Shown here: positions 10,445 to 22,552 of the stretch, in pieces
Layout: each line of letters opens with the position of its first letter
Numbering within the stretch: the first letter of the stretch is position 1
Assembly: GCA_918797485.1 (NCBI GenBank)
Contig: CAKKNE010000003.1
Coordinates: forward strand, 930,001-994,000
DNA length: 64,000 nucleotides
From: Pelagomonas calceolata
Lineage: Eukaryota
Direction: 5' to 3'
Translations under genes and position numbers: made by a program
The notes under the pieces: model-generated
What the model saw: the letters and a program-made list of their open reading frames with translations, nothing else
Told to the model about the DNA's origin: nothing
The model's database searches: none

Positions 10445-13400
10445 CTACATAAACTCGCGCCAGTTCTCTTCGTTACGTAAGAAGCCGTTCTCCTCTCTGA
10501 ACGCGTGCCATTTCCCCCCGGCTTCTGCTACGCGCTGGCGCATGAGTTCACGATCAACGCGCGCTTGTTCTGCCTTCGCCTTGGCCTCGGCGCGCTGGCG
10601 CTCGAGCTCGGCCTTCTGCTCGGCGATTCGCTCCGCGCGGCTCTTGCCGCTCCGGCGACTGCCCAGGCTCCCTCGCGAGCCCAGGCTCCCTCGGCTGCCC
10701 ATGGTCTGTCGGCTGCCCACGGTTTCTCCGCCCACGGTTCCTCCGCCCTCGACCCACATCTCATCCTCCTCGTAGTCACTGTAAATATCGTCGGGAAAGT
10801 CGTACGAGAAGCCGCGCGTGCTGTTGTGTTGTTTCAACAAGGTCCTCGGCGTGAGTTCATCGTCGTAGGCCCCGGTCGCCGCGAAGAGCCGGTCCCACGA
10901 TGTTTTACCGGGCGGCGGCGGCGGCGCTTCGGCCGCGGGCGCCGGCGCCGGCGCCGGTGGTTCGGCTTCCGACGCAGTCTTCGCTTGGGACAGGCGCCAC
11001 ACCAGCCCTTTCTTCGCCAGCTGCGCGTTATGTTTCTTCAATAGTGATCGAGGGGACTCATCTCTCACAGTTTGACCGGCCGCCGCGAAGAAGTCGGCCC
11101 CGAAGCCCTTCCGTCCTGACATCGCCGCGAGGCGCTCGCCCGGTTTACGTGAAGGCGCCGGCGCCGGCGCCGGCGCCAACGCTTCAATGTCGTCGGGCAC
11201 GGCCTCTTCGAGCAGAGGTAGCGTCGGAATCGACGACCCCGGGCCAGATACAGGCAGCTCCCTTTGAAACAACCGGTCGATGGCCTGGACGCCATTTAAC
11301 GCTTGGAAATCATAGCCATCCACGTGGGCGTCTACTAACTGTTTATCGGAAGCATGTGGCGACGTCGACGCCAACGCGACGTTGGCCGCCTCCGTGTCGT
11401 CATCTAACGCTCGTAGCAGCAACCCGCCCGGCGAATCCTTCGAGCTTTCGTACCAAGGTCTAACACCATGGATACTCTCTTGCAGTCTCGTCCAGAACTC
11501 CAGGAACTGGTCCCCATCGAGACATCTTGATAAAATAATCTCAGAATCGCGATACCGGGCCCGTTCGCCCCACCTACTGACAGCATCAATCCGTTCCTCG
11601 ATCTCGACCTCACGAGCCATCTCGCAGAAATTCTCGGCGATGGCGCCTCTTCTCGTAAACCAGAACTGGGACCCGTACGCCTCGGCCACGGCGCAGAACG
11701 TGCCTCGTGAAAAGTCCACATACCCTATCTTCGTATCCGTATCGTCGTCATCCGACAGGTCGCCCTCGAATGCTCTAGCCTTCCATTGCTTTCGTTGTAA
11801 CATATCTAGTGAATCCAGATCGCCGCCTCGCTCGAGGAAATTCTTTCTTTTCTCTTCTATTTCTCGTAAAGCGTACGACGTGTTCTGGTTCAGCTCCAGT
11901 GATTTCTGCAAGCGCTTCACCTCGATGACGCCGGGCGGGAGCCACGGTTCTACTCGCGTCGAGACCGCTAGTTTCCCGTCTTTACGACGAGCATATTTCG
12001 CGAACAGTCTTTTACATTTTTTGAGCTCTGTAGAAGTGAGTGGTTCCAATTTCCAGTCGTTCCGCAACTCCTGCGCGGCGTTGCGCAAGGCCCAGTTGCA
12101 CAAGGATACGGAGCCCATCGCATCTATTAACCCTTGGTATTCTATGGCTTTGTATAGGATCTCCTGGGGCAATCGAGCTAAGGCACCAGCTCTTCGAATA
12201 ATACACCCTTGCAAGGCCCCGCAAGGCCCCCACTTCGTACTGCCTCGGCAGACCACACCTAGTCGCGGCGGCCTTGCGAGTCCAGTCACGTCCTCGCCCT
12301 CACCCCAAAACGTCACGATGGGGGCGGCTCCACCGATCGCACCCGCAACACAAACGTCGTTGTCCTTCGCGAGACGAGGGTCAAACGAGTCATCACACCC
12401 CTTTAAGGGCGGTGGCGGCAGGGGCGGCACCGGTTCCGCCCGTAATATGATCACGCAAGTAACTTTGTACGACGGCGCTCCCAGTACGACAGCTCGCCCG
12501 GGAATCTTCTTCCTTTGTTCTATTGCTGCCCTTACATCACCACCTACCGCCTCGGTCCAGTCGACATCATCCTTGACGTCCCCTACTACTAAATCTCCGT
12601 CGCGCGAGAACGCCACGGATCCGGGCTCCTTCAGTACGATCCCGTTCGACGCCTTGACTTCCTGGGCGTAGCGGTAGTTCGCTCTCCATAGAGCGAAGCG
12701 CTTGCAGGCGTACTGGAAGAGGGCTATTCGGTTATTCCCGGTGTCAGCGACGGCGATGGTCCTGTAAGGCCTAGCCCCCCAGGGATCGCCCCGCAACGGA
12801 TAGGACAGGTTGTGTTGTCTGCACAGCACTTCGAGGATCTCATCCAAGTCCACGACTTCCAACAGATAATCACCGTTGGCATCAATATTAGGAGGTCTTT
12901 CACCTGGTTGTGCCCTAGCTTTGTAGTATAACAAAGCTAGTTTGCCGTTGACCATGGACCGGAACGGTCCATCGACCCATTTGTGGGGGTTTACCGGTAA
13001 TATCGAATGCTGTAAGATCGTGTCGCCTTCCGGGCTCTTGTGACACAACACCAATTCCACTGTACGACGTTCTTCTACCCTAATACGCCACGCGCCCGGT
13101 TTCAAACTCATCAAGATGTCATTCGCCTCCTTCCTAGACATACTTCCAAGGTACCAGAACGGCGCGTCGCGCTCCCAGGCCCTTTTACACCGGCCCCGCT
13201 CCGAGAGACCCATCTTCCTCAACCCAACAGGCTGGTGGCGGACAGCGACGTCGTTCGGCTTGTTGAGGAGCCAGGGGCCCGTGACCTGTGTGTGTGTCAA
13301 ATCGTTGCGTCGCCCTCCACGCCATCGACGCTCGCGTCGACCTCCACGCCATCGACGCGATTGATTCCCACACGGCCAGCCACGGGCTTCTCCGGCGACG

Positions 13401-14385
13401 CCTTGGATTTCGTGGGCGACCCCGCCGTCGTCTCGTCGTCAGAATCTTCTTCCGAATCTTCTTCCGAAGAACCTGGTTCCCCATAATCCGCGATCTCCTG
13501 CAGGCGCGCGAGCTCCTTCCGTTCTTGTTCCGCTTCTGCCGCCGCCGCCGCCTTTTTCCTCTCAGCTTCCTCGGCCGCGTCTTGAGCTTTCTGCTCGTCG
13601 CTCCGGTCGTCGTGCTTCACGACGTAGCCTCGCTGGTACGGTTCTTGTGTGTTGAGAGTGAAGGCCTCGTTGTATGATGGTGCTGATAGTATGTCCACAA
13701 ATTCTTGCTTCTCTACACATCCCGTAAAGTCGCGACTAGAGAGACGGGCGGCCCGTTTGAGCTGCGCCAGGGACATGGTCGAGTAGTCCTCGGCTTCCTT
13801 TGTGGACATGCTAGGTAGATCAAAAACTTGGATGCGGTTGTTGCCCCAATCGGAAACATAGACCTGATCATCACTATCCCAGGCGCAGCCTCGCGGTAGA
13901 CAGAGCTCGTAGGGCTCGTGGCCGCTCTCCATCCTTCCTAATGTGTCTTTGTAAATCCAGTTATCGTTTTTACGTTCAAATAGGAAACAGGCGTGATGGC
14001 CCGCGTCCGAGACGCAGCACCTCTCGGGCATCTTCGCGGTTAAATGGGCTCGTGAACCGTACTTGCCCTTGGCCTTGGCGAACAGATCCAGTTCTTGCAC
14101 TTCTTCTTTGGGTTCTTTGTTTGGATCTTCTCTTAGTTGTCTGAGGCAGACAGCTGAAGGTTCATGGAAGGTATGTTCTTCGGGCAAGTCGTGGCCGAAG
14201 GTCTCGTCTAACTCATCGTTCAGGCCGCTCAAATCGACTAATCGGCCTATCTTATCTTTACCGACGACCGCGACGACGCCGCTGCCGTCGTCGGCGGCGC
14301 CCGCGGCGTTCGAGACGCATCTGACGGGGTCGGCTACGACATTTGCGGGCGCCGAGGCCACGCCGCGCCAGTCCCGCGCGAACAT
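10445..14385 (-). CDS. Large multidomain protein: NHL repeats, SH2-like domain, F-box-like segment; intron 13286-13383
   Basis: NHL motifs LPRGCAWDSDDQVYVSDWGNNRIQVF and IAVADTGNNRI; SH2-like FWYLGSMSRKEANDILMSLKPGAWRIR. Removing the introner joins the two ORFs in frame (PEKP|VTGPW). The start codon is uncertain. Confidence 0.7.
13286..13375. mobile_element. Introner family 1, degenerate copy (intron 13286-13383, GT-AG)
   Basis: Decayed TIRs CTGTGTGTGTGTCAA / TTGATTCCCACACGG; the donor lies 8 nt outside the TIR, as in the other copies. Confidence 0.7.
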
Positions 14386-14570
14386 GGTCTCTCCTTGCTG
14401 CCGCGTCGATCGCGTCTGAGGCTGCCCTTTGTGGAACTAGCCTATGTGTCGATGGCGTCACGTGCTGGGCATCGCTCTATGGGCTGCCTCGGGGGGACTG
14501 CAGGCTGCCCGAGAACACGCCTAGCCTAGCCTAGCCTCGCTTAACCAAAACGCCGAGCACAGCGCTCTTG

Positions 14571-14592
14571 CTAGTGTGTTACAGGCCGCTAG
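14571..14592 (+). promoter_or_regulatory. CTAG-bounded motif, copy 4
   Basis: CTAGTGTGTTACAGGCCGCTAG in a divergent intergenic region; (CTAGC)3 nearby at 14521. Confidence 0.6.
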
Positions 14593-14764
14593 CTACGCGC
14601 AGCGCTTCTCCTTTTGGCAGGCCTGTCGCAGCGCATAGCTCATATCAGTAGCCCAGAAGATTTGCTACAGCCATTTTGACAGCATGCCTAAGCGCTCCTG
14701 GCTTCCTCGGACCAGCACTGCGCCGGCGCCTCGCATACAGGACACTGCTCTGAAGGCATAAAAG

Positions 14765-15259
14765 ATGACAGCGCGACGCAAAGCGCTGGAGCTGGGCCGC
14801 AACATCGCCGTGGGAGGTACGCTGTGCACGGTTGGTGACGGCGCCGCACAGTACGCCTTCACCGACACGTTTGATGGGAGGCGCCTCGGGGCGATGATGA
14901 GCTACGGCAGCTGGTCGGCGATTATTTATCACTACTGGTACGCGTTTCTCGCGCGGCGGCTCCCGCCGAGCGCCTACGTGCAGAAGGCGGCGCTCGACTG
15001 TTTCGTGGTGACGCCGGGCTTCGAGATCCCGGCGCTCATGACCTGGACCGGTATCTTAGGGCGGCGACAGACGCTCGACGAGGCCCTATCCCAACTCCGG
15101 CGGGACTTCCCGACGGCGCTCGCGGTCGACGTCGCCATGTGGGGGCCCGCGTCGCTCGTCATGTTCCGCTACGTGCCCCTGCGCTTCCAGGTGCCGTACA
15201 TGTACGGCTTCGGCGCGTGCTGGGACTTTATCATGTCCTGGATCGCGTTCGATAAGTAA
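14765..15259 (+). CDS. Mpv17/PMP22 family membrane protein
   Basis: GDGAAQ, DGRRLG, HYWYAFL, WGPASLVMFRYVPLRFQV. Confidence 0.85.
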   Translation: MTARRKALELGRNIAVGGTLCTVGDGAAQYAFTDTFDGRRLGAMMSYGSWSAIIYHYWYAFLARRLPPSAYVQKAALDCFVVTPGFEIPALMTWTGILGRRQTLDEALSQLRRDFPTALAVDVAMWGPASLVMFRYVPLRFQVPYMYGFGACWDFIMSWIAFDK

Positions 15260-15271
15260 CTTGTTGTGAAC

Positions 15272-16602
15272 TTAGAACGCGCTAGGCTTCATATCAATGG
15301 GCGTGCAAGACGCGTCGTCCTGATAAATGAGGTCGAAGGGCGCACCATTGGCATCCAGGGACCTCCTCCCCGCTTCCAAAATAGCCGTCGCGCCGGCCGT
15401 CGACGCCATCGTCGGCAGGTCCCGGTCGCACCTGTCGAGAGTTAACTCACCAGAATTCACCGACGTAGCCGCATCCACGAAAGCCTCAAACGAGACATAA
15501 CCGTAGCAGGCCTGGCCGACGAATTTGCCGTCGGACGGCGTCGGCTTCCAGAAGAGCGGGTTCACGCTCCCATATCCACCGGAATCGGTACATACCGTAT
15601 ATCCCCTATGGGCCTGGTCGACGGTCACTTCCCCAGACTGGCCCATGTAGAACCACCGCTGTTGGCTGTGGACGTCGGCCTTGGGCGCGACCCAGCTCGA
15701 CGTGTACAACGCGTGGCCGAGGGCGTTCGTGGCTAGCGTGCGCCACTGGACGCTCAAGGTGATCGTGTCCTCGCAGGGCCGGCCTAATTTTGCTTGGGCG
15801 ACACCTGTTGACGATAGGGCTACCACTCGTTCCGGTCGCGCGTTCCCGGAACAGCACCACTCGTGGAAGTCGACGTGGTGCGAGTTTAGATAATAAGAAA
15901 TGTCCGAAGACTTGCCGGCCCAGGCCTGCGTCGTTTTTTTGTCTCGCGCGCGCCCCGACGCCGTCGACGCGACGCGCGGAACCGGACGCCGCATCATACC
16001 TTGAACGTCTCGAGCTGGTGCTTCGGCTGCGACATATAAGCCTGGAAGAAGCTAAACGCGCCGAGCTGCTGGATCCGGTCGCGCGCGTCCCGATATATCG
16101 GATCGTACCTTTTATGGACCTCGATGCAGCATAACACCCCCTGCTCTTTCGCCAATGCTGCGAGTTTATTATGTTCCTCTAAAGTTTTGACGGGAGGCTT
16201 CGTTATCATGACATGAATGCCGTTTTTGATGCAGTGCTCCGCAATCTGGAAGTGGGTGTCGTCGGGCGTGAAGATGATGGCGCAGTCGCCCTTCTTTAGC
16301 GTACTGATGGCTCCTTTGTAGGCCTCGCGGTCTACCACGTCGTCGGCGGGGAACGTCTTTACTACACCGGGATCGATGCCTTCATACGCTCCAAGCATCT
16401 TCCGCATGTGTTCTCGAATCTGCGGGAGCTTCGGGCCGCTCGTGCCGCACATCGCTAGGTTATTTATTTTGTTGCGGCGTTTCAGATCCAACATGACCAA
16501 CGCGACGACGCCCGTCGACTTGTCACTATCGGAAGCTTTGCCGACCCAGCCCGTCGTGTACTCACCCGTGCCGAGCATCAGTACGTTTGGTTTTTGTGCC
16601 AT
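15272..16602 (-). CDS. Gfo/Idh/MocA family NAD(P)-dependent oxidoreductase; intron 15926-15999
   Basis: [46 protein letters not shown]; a GTATGA...ACGCAG intron joins ETFK|AWAGK in frame. Confidence 0.88.
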
Positions 16603-16885
16603 TTTCTTTTTTTTTGTAGTGCTTGCGGTGCGAAATGCGCTCGCTCGATCGATGCGCAGCAGCTGGCGGCCTTTTGTGTACGATTGGAGCAACGGTGCGC
16701 GCGTGTGCGCACGCTGTCAGCGCGTATTCAACTTGGTGCTCTCAGTATTTTACGCGCTCTGTGCTCGTTTGCGGTGCAAACTGAGCAGTGCGACGAGCGA
16801 TGACAGTGTTTGAGGAGCTTACGCCGTGCTCAGAGCAACCCAGCGTAACTTTTACGCCCGTGGTCTCGTGCTGCTTTGCATGCTT

Positions 16886-16907
16886 CTAGTGTGTTACAGG
16901 CCGCTAG
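16886..16907 (+). promoter_or_regulatory. CTAG-bounded motif, copy 5
   Basis: CTAGTGTGTTACAGGCCGCTAG, identical to copies 4 and 10; divergent intergenic region. Confidence 0.6.
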
Positions 16908-17066
16908 GGCGGATTATCCGGGAGCTCTGGAAGCTTTCGTCGTTTTCCGGAGTTAAGGACTTTGTTTGACGTACATCAAAAGCGGAATAAGGCCGTGAGA
17001 AGAATTAGCGCGCTTGCGCGTTTTCGGAGAGCCCAAATTGATTGGTGCAGCAGGGAGACCGAGCAA

Positions 17067-17608
17067 TGGCAGACGGCCTGTGTCATAGATGGGAAACGGT
17101 GCCGATGGACGTCGAGGGCGGCGCGTTCGTCGTGGTCGAGGGCGTGCAACGCGAATACAAATTGCGGGAGACGTTTTGGCGGCCGTCAGTGCTGTTAGGC
17201 TTAGCGTTGGCCACAGGCGTCATCATCGCGCTGCTGGTCTACCTGCTCCGCACGTACTGGCCCCTCATTTTCATCTGGGCTCCCTTCGTACTCATAGGAA
17301 TTGCGTCCGCCACCGTGACGCGTGTCGAGCGCACCGCGAAGGCGTTCATGATTTCGTCCGGCTTAAATGATGCCTGGCAGCTCGCCATCGCGGACGTCGT
17401 GCGCGCCGGCATCGTGACGGCGGGCCCGGGTCGGAGGTTTCGCATGGAGACGAGCGCCCGGGACAATTGTTATGGTACCAAAAATTACGAGTTCGACCTC
17501 GAGGATGTCGACGCCTTCGTGCAGGAAAACTTCCAGCCGTACGCGATGGCCGTCCCGCTGCCCGGACCCGTCGCCGCCGCGGCGCAGGCCGCGGAGCCCG
17601 TCGTGTAA
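17067..17608 (+). CDS. Hypothetical membrane protein (2 TM)
   Basis: ORF with two hydrophobic segments and coding-like codon usage. Confidence 0.55.
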
Positions 17609-17900
17609 GCTGTTTCTTGTCCGTCGTTTTCGATCGCTCGGGGAGGACTCCTGCGTGGCGTATTCGCTCGGTTGCATGCGCGCTTCAATTTAAGCTCCCG
17701 ATCGGCTCGCTTGCGAGAGGCAGCTCTTGTCCTTTGCAGCGCGCGCCCGTGCTGCCCGCGGAGCCTCCTCCACAGCACCTCTGGGCTGCGTACGACCACA
17801 GGAAATTCACGCCGTCGCCGCGAGGCTGCCTCCCAACCACGCCGTCGCCGCGAGGCTGCCTCCCCATCACCACCAGTAAAAGGCTGCAGCAATCAAAGCC

Positions 17901-18989
17901 ATGTCCAATGAAATCCCCCCGGGCATGCCCCCTCATCCATTGAGAGGGCAGATCACGAACGTCCACGACCTCGCCTACGTGTCGAGCCTGGGAAACATCG
18001 ACCCGGTCGCCGATAGAGCACAGAACGCCGGGCGACGAGCCGCGAAACAAAAGCGACCGGAGGGCATGCAACCTACCAACATAAAAAAACTCGCCGCGGG
18101 CATCAAAGGAGAAGATGGGGAAAAGATCGACGAGGCCCAGAAGGCCGCGATCGTGAAGGCCATGGAGCAGATCGAGGCGCAGCAGATGGCCGCGTTCTTC
18201 CGGAGGGACGCTTGTTCTTTGAGGATCGCGAAGATCAGCGAAAAATTGAAGGACAAGAACACGGAACTAAGTGCCATCGAGCGCGACATGAGTCAGATGG
18301 AGGCTCGAGTCAATGCTATTAAAAAAGAAGTGAAAAAATCAGTACAGGCTCGGGAGAAGGAGGCCGAGGAGCTGGAGGTCATGCGCAGCGAGAACGAGAA
18401 CATCAAGAATGTAGCTTTAACTGATCTGGAGTTGAAGGCGAAGAACCTCAGGCAAGATGTGAAAGATATTGATCGAGCCATAAAAGCCGCGATCTGGAGT
18501 GCTGGTTCGAGTGATGGGTTTACTCAGATAGGTGTGGGTGCAGATACTCCACTACCAGAAATAGAACCGGTGGAGCCCATCATCATCCGGCCGAAGAAGG
18601 TTGTGGAAGATACTGGTAGTCTTGTTGGTTCCATCAGGGGAAGGCCTACCTCGCGAGCGCCTACGGCCGAGTCCTTCAGTGTCAAGAAGTACGAGATGAA
18701 CGCGTCCATGGGGTTGAAGGATCCTTCCGAGTTGTCTTATAAACAAGCGGCGCCGCTGGATATCCTGCGGGCGCATTCCACTGGAAGTACGAGAGGTACG
18801 GACGTGTTCGGCTCGCTCATAGCTAGGGAGTCGGATCTCATCGCGGCGGGCCAGCGGTCCGTGCTGGGCGAGGCGCTGCCGCCGGAGACGCTGCGGTCGT
18901 TGGTGCGGTCGCCGATTCCGCGGCGGCGGACGGCTTCTTCCGCGGGTACGACGCGGCCACGTTCGAGATTGGCGTCGCAGCGGCTCTAA
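17901..18989 (+). CDS. Hypothetical coiled-coil protein
   Basis: 362-aa ORF with a K/E-rich heptad region. Confidence 0.7.
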   Translation: MSNEIPPGMPPHPLRGQITNVHDLAYVSSLGNIDPVADRAQNAGRRAAKQKRPEGMQPTNIKKLAAGIKGEDGEKIDEAQKAAIVKAMEQIEAQQMAAFFRRDACSLRIAKISEKLKDKNTELSAIERDMSQMEARVNAIKKEVKKSVQAREKEAEELEVMRSENENIKNVALTDLELKAKNLRQDVKDIDRAIKAAIWSAGSSDGFTQIGVGADTPLPEIEPVEPIIIRPKKVVEDTGSLVGSIRGRPTSRAPTAESFSVKKYEMNASMGLKDPSELSYKQAAPLDILRAHSTGSTRGTDVFGSLIARESDLIAAGQRSVLGEALPPETLRSLVRSPIPRRRTASSAGTTRPRSRLASQRL

Positions 18990-19275
18990 GTTTTTTCTTC
19001 TTGCTTGTGTGGTGTCGCGGCGATGGCGTCCGCCGGGTTTGGGTCCCGTGCTGCTGCCCCACCAGCATTGATCGACAGGGCGAACATTGCCCACTGGCAC
19101 TGTTCGGGAGGCTCTGCTTAGAGACGTGAGTGCCCATGAAAGACAGGGTCCGCGGATGAATCGGCGACGCGCCCCCGCGTCCCGGGCTCCGCCCACTAGT
19201 CCTAGCACCGAACAGAACGCAACCACCGGCACGCCGCCGCCGCGCCCCCCCACAAAGAGAAAGTACAGTAAAAAC

Positions 19276-19728
19276 TTAGGCGCTCCGCATGATCGTCAGG
19301 AACTCCTCCTGGCTGATCTCGCCGTCCTGATCCCTATCAAATTCTTCGATCATCGCCTGCAGCTCCTCGTCCGCGAGGTCCTCCCCGAGCTCCGCGGCGA
19401 CGTGGCGCATGTTTTTGAGGGAAATTTTCCCGGAGCCGTCGTGGTCGAACAACTGGAACGCCTTCAGGATCTCCTCTTCCGGGTCCCTTAAGGCATACTT
19501 CTCGGCCATGATCTGCGCGTACAGCGAGAAGTCGACGTGGCCCTCGTTCTGCGGCTCAATGTCGTGGATGCACTTGACCACGTCGCGCTTTTTTACTTGG
19601 AATCCCAATGCGCGCATCAACACTTTTAATTCATGAATGTTTAATTTACCGGACTTCTCGTGGTCGAACAAGTCAAAGGCCTCCTTGAGCTCGGCCTGTT
19701 CCCGCTCGTTTAAAGTTTTGCCGGGCAT
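19276..19728 (-). CDS. Centrin (EF-hand protein, centrin-3-like)
   Basis: ELKEAFDLFD, ELKVLMRALGF, RDPEEEILKAFQLFD, ELQAMIEEFDRDQDGEISQEEF. Confidence 0.92.
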   Translation of the reverse strand: MPGKTLNEREQAELKEAFDLFDHEKSGKLNIHELKVLMRALGFQVKKRDVVKCIHDIEPQNEGHVDFSLYAQIMAEKYALRDPEEEILKAFQLFDHDGSGKISLKNMRHVAAELGEDLADEELQAMIEEFDRDQDGEISQEEFLTIMRSA

Positions 19729-19915
19729 CGTCTTTGTGCGGCGCTGCCTGGTGGTTTAAAGGGCCAGCGCGCTGCAGCGTCGAAAGCGCGTGGCCTCAGC
19801 CTTCGAACCGATCTATTCGTCGGCAGACGTACTGCTTGCGCCGATATTTGGCTGCCGTTGTGGCGTTTAGGCCGATGTACGGACGGCGTTGTGAATTTGG
19901 GCTATACCGGCCAGG

Positions 19916-19937
19916 CTAGCGGCATGTAAGACACTAG
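19916..19937 (-). promoter_or_regulatory. CTAG-bounded motif, copy 6
   Basis: Reverse complement CTAGTGTCTTACATGCCGCTAG; divergent intergenic region. Confidence 0.6.
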
Positions 19938-20043
19938 GAATGCTAAGCATTATCTCCGATCGTGCTGAGCCGTTATCAACGGTAGTAATTGCACTTATTG
20001 ACACGCATTCGTCGACTCGCGACGCTCGGCGCCCACGAAACCG

Positions 20044-20733
20044 ATGGCTCTCATCAAAATTGCAAGTCTGGTCCTCCTAGGAGTCCTAGCTACAGGGTCG
20101 ACGACGGACGCGTTCGCGACGCCTCGAAGGGCGCGAGGACTCGTCGTGACACGCGGCGGCTCTGTCGACCTCCCGCCGACGAAGCCTAAACCGCTCGCGG
20201 TCGAGCTCGCCGTCGACGTCGGCGTCGTCGCCGCGACGCTGGGATTGTTCCGCCGCGTCGGGTGCATCCGCGCGCGGGACTGCGGCCTTCGCGTGGTCCT
20301 CGCCGCCCGGCTCTTCTTCGCCGTCGCAAATTCAATTCTGATCGCGCTGTACGCGTCCGCGCTCCGGTACGCCCGAAGGCTGCCGACGTCGCCCGTCGTG
20401 GTGCAGGACATCAGCTTCATGGAGGATAGAATGCGAAAGTCGCTCTTCAAGATCGCGGTCGTGCTGGGCCTGCACGTCACGTTTGGCCTGATGCCGCCGC
20501 TGATCGTCTTCAGCCTTGTTCATTGGGTCGCCCAGCCCCTGTGGTGGGACAAGGAGACGTCGTACTACCGGAAATACGGCCTCGGGCGAAACGGGGGGCC
20601 TCGGGCGTTCGGAGTGGCACGGAATATATGGATTTACACCAAGGAGTTTATGATGCCCAAGAAGTTGCCGCGAAGCGGGGGGCGGAGCGTTGGCCCAGAT
20701 GACACGACTTACATGTACGGACTTGAGAATTGA
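20044..20733 (+). CDS. Hypothetical membrane protein with signal peptide (possibly plastid-targeted)
   Basis: Hydrophobic N-terminus followed by DAF; several TM segments. Confidence 0.6.
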   Translation: MALIKIASLVLLGVLATGSTTDAFATPRRARGLVVTRGGSVDLPPTKPKPLAVELAVDVGVVAATLGLFRRVGCIRARDCGLRVVLAARLFFAVANSILIALYASALRYARRLPTSPVVVQDISFMEDRMRKSLFKIAVVLGLHVTFGLMPPLIVFSLVHWVAQPLWWDKETSYYRKYGLGRNGGPRAFGVARNIWIYTKEFMMPKKLPRSGGRSVGPDDTTYMYGLEN

Positions 20734-20781
20734 TCGTCTCGTCGGCGAACTAGCACACTAACTGCTTAAAATCCTATATTC

Positions 20782-22552
20782 CTAGTCGCCGCCACACCCA
20801 CCCCCGCACGACGAGCACGACGAGTCCGACGAGTCCGACGAGCCCCAGCCCCACGAGCTGCCCGAGCCGCCGGTGTCCGACGAACTGTACCAGTAGTCCT
20901 CCGAGTCCGTCGCGGAGGCCGGCGCCGCCCACGGGTCCTCCGCGGCGTCGGCGGCCGGCGCGTCCGTCGCCCACAGCTCGGGCTCGGCCAGCCCGCCGTC
21001 GGCGTCGGACACTAGCCCGCCGTCGGCGTCGGAGTGTCCGTAGATGGCCTCGACCTGCGTCGCTTCGACCTCGCGGTGCCCGAGATTGCTATGAAAAAGT
21101 TCCTCGCCCCAGCCGCACCTGTGTGGAAATCAAAATTTTACGTCGCGTTCGTGCCGAATCGTCGCGTCGTCCTCCACGCCATCGACGCGACGTCTGCTCG
21201 ATGGCGTGGCGATGCCGGTTCCTCGCCGCTCGACCGTGCACCCGACGCACTGGTTGATTTCCACACAGAGCCGCACGAGCCGCAGAACGCGTAGTAGCGA
21301 TGGTCCACGTGGTTGGCGCGCCACACGTAGGGCGTGGCGTGCATCTCGGCCCACTTCCCCGACGTCGCCTCGAAGGCGCCGGCGAGCTCCTTATCACTTT
21401 TTTGATCGTCGTGCGTCAGCAGCCGCCCCAGCATCTGCTCACAATCGTCGCGGTAGTCGCGCGGCGAGAGCATGTGCACGTGCCAGATTAAATCAATGTC
21501 GAGCGTCGGCACGAGCGTCGCGCCGGGGTCCTTGCGCGCGAGCTCGAGGAACTGTCCGTAGCGCGTGATGGCCCGGTCGATCCAGGCGTCCGTAATGATG
21601 CGCGGGCCGAGGGCGAGGACGCGCCCGACGAAGCTCGCCTGCGACGCCACCGCGTCCGCCAGCTTCGCCGCCTTCGCCGGGCGGTCGGCGGTCTGCTTTT
21701 GCGGCGGCGTGATGCCGACCCGGGCTTGCAGGTCGGCCCACCAGGTCGCCCACGAGTGGAGCCGCTCGGGTTCGGTGGGCAACGTACCCGGCGGATGTCT
21801 GTACCTCGTGCCCGTGCTTCGTTCAAATGCGCGCGCCGTCGCGTCGTAGTCCGCCTGCCAGCTGGACAGCGCGAGGTCGCGCTCGCCCGCCGTCACGATG
21901 CCCGAGCCGTCGGCGTCGAAGCGGCGGAGGGCCGTCGTCGCCCGCGCGCCCTGCTCCGGCGTCCGCAGCCAGCCTCGCGCCTTCGTCGCCTGCTCGAACC
22001 GCGCGCCGCTCTGCAGTAGCCGGTGCTGCTGGTGGTCGTACCACGCCGTGCCTGCGTTTTTTGTGGCGTTCTTGGCCTGGCGTTGTTGCGGTTTCTTTCT
22101 CTCTACCCCACCACGCCGTCGCCGCGAAGGCAGAAAGGACGCTGGTCAAGAGTGCTGGGGGAGTAGGGCGCGCCGCGATGGTGCAAGCTGGGGTCCTCCA
22201 GGCGGCCGGCGATCGAACCCTGCGGCCGCAGCAGGTCCGCGCACCACACGACGGAGGTGTCGCGCGTCGGCACCGCCCGCGGCACGTCGCGGCGCAGCGC
22301 CCCCTTCCCCGAAAACAGGTCGGCGAACGTGAGGTGCCGCTCGGCGGCCGTCAGCAGCGCGCGGCGCGCTTGGTCGGCTTTGATCGGGTCGCGCGCGGCC
22401 TGCTTCGAGATGTGGCCCTGGAGCCAGCCCGAGCGCCGCGTGAGGCTCATGAAGTTGATGTAGATCTGCGCGCCGACGCGCAGCGCCTTGCGGCTGTCGG
22501 ACGTGCCGACGAGGCGGGCCAGGTGGCGCGCGGCGGGCAGCGACGTCGCCAT
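20782..22552 (-). CDS. Glycine-rich domain-containing protein (GRDP/DUF1399); introns 22052-22140 and 21119-21276
   Basis: AITRYGQFL...LVPTLDIDLIWHVHMLSPRDY...HDD signature and an SCSSCGGGCGG tail; both splices restore the frame (LDQR-TAWYDH; FCGS-CGWGEE). Confidence 0.8.
21119..21268. mobile_element. Introner family 1, young copy with perfect 8-bp TSD
   Basis: 15-bp TIR CTGTGTGGAAATCAA...TTGATTTCCACACAG; TSD AGCCGCAC at 21111-21118 and 21269-21276. Confidence 0.95.

Noticed and set aside
11382..12671. 429-aa plus-strand ORF
   Set aside because: Ser/Arg-rich antisense shadow of the minus-strand gene; typical of high-GC DNA.
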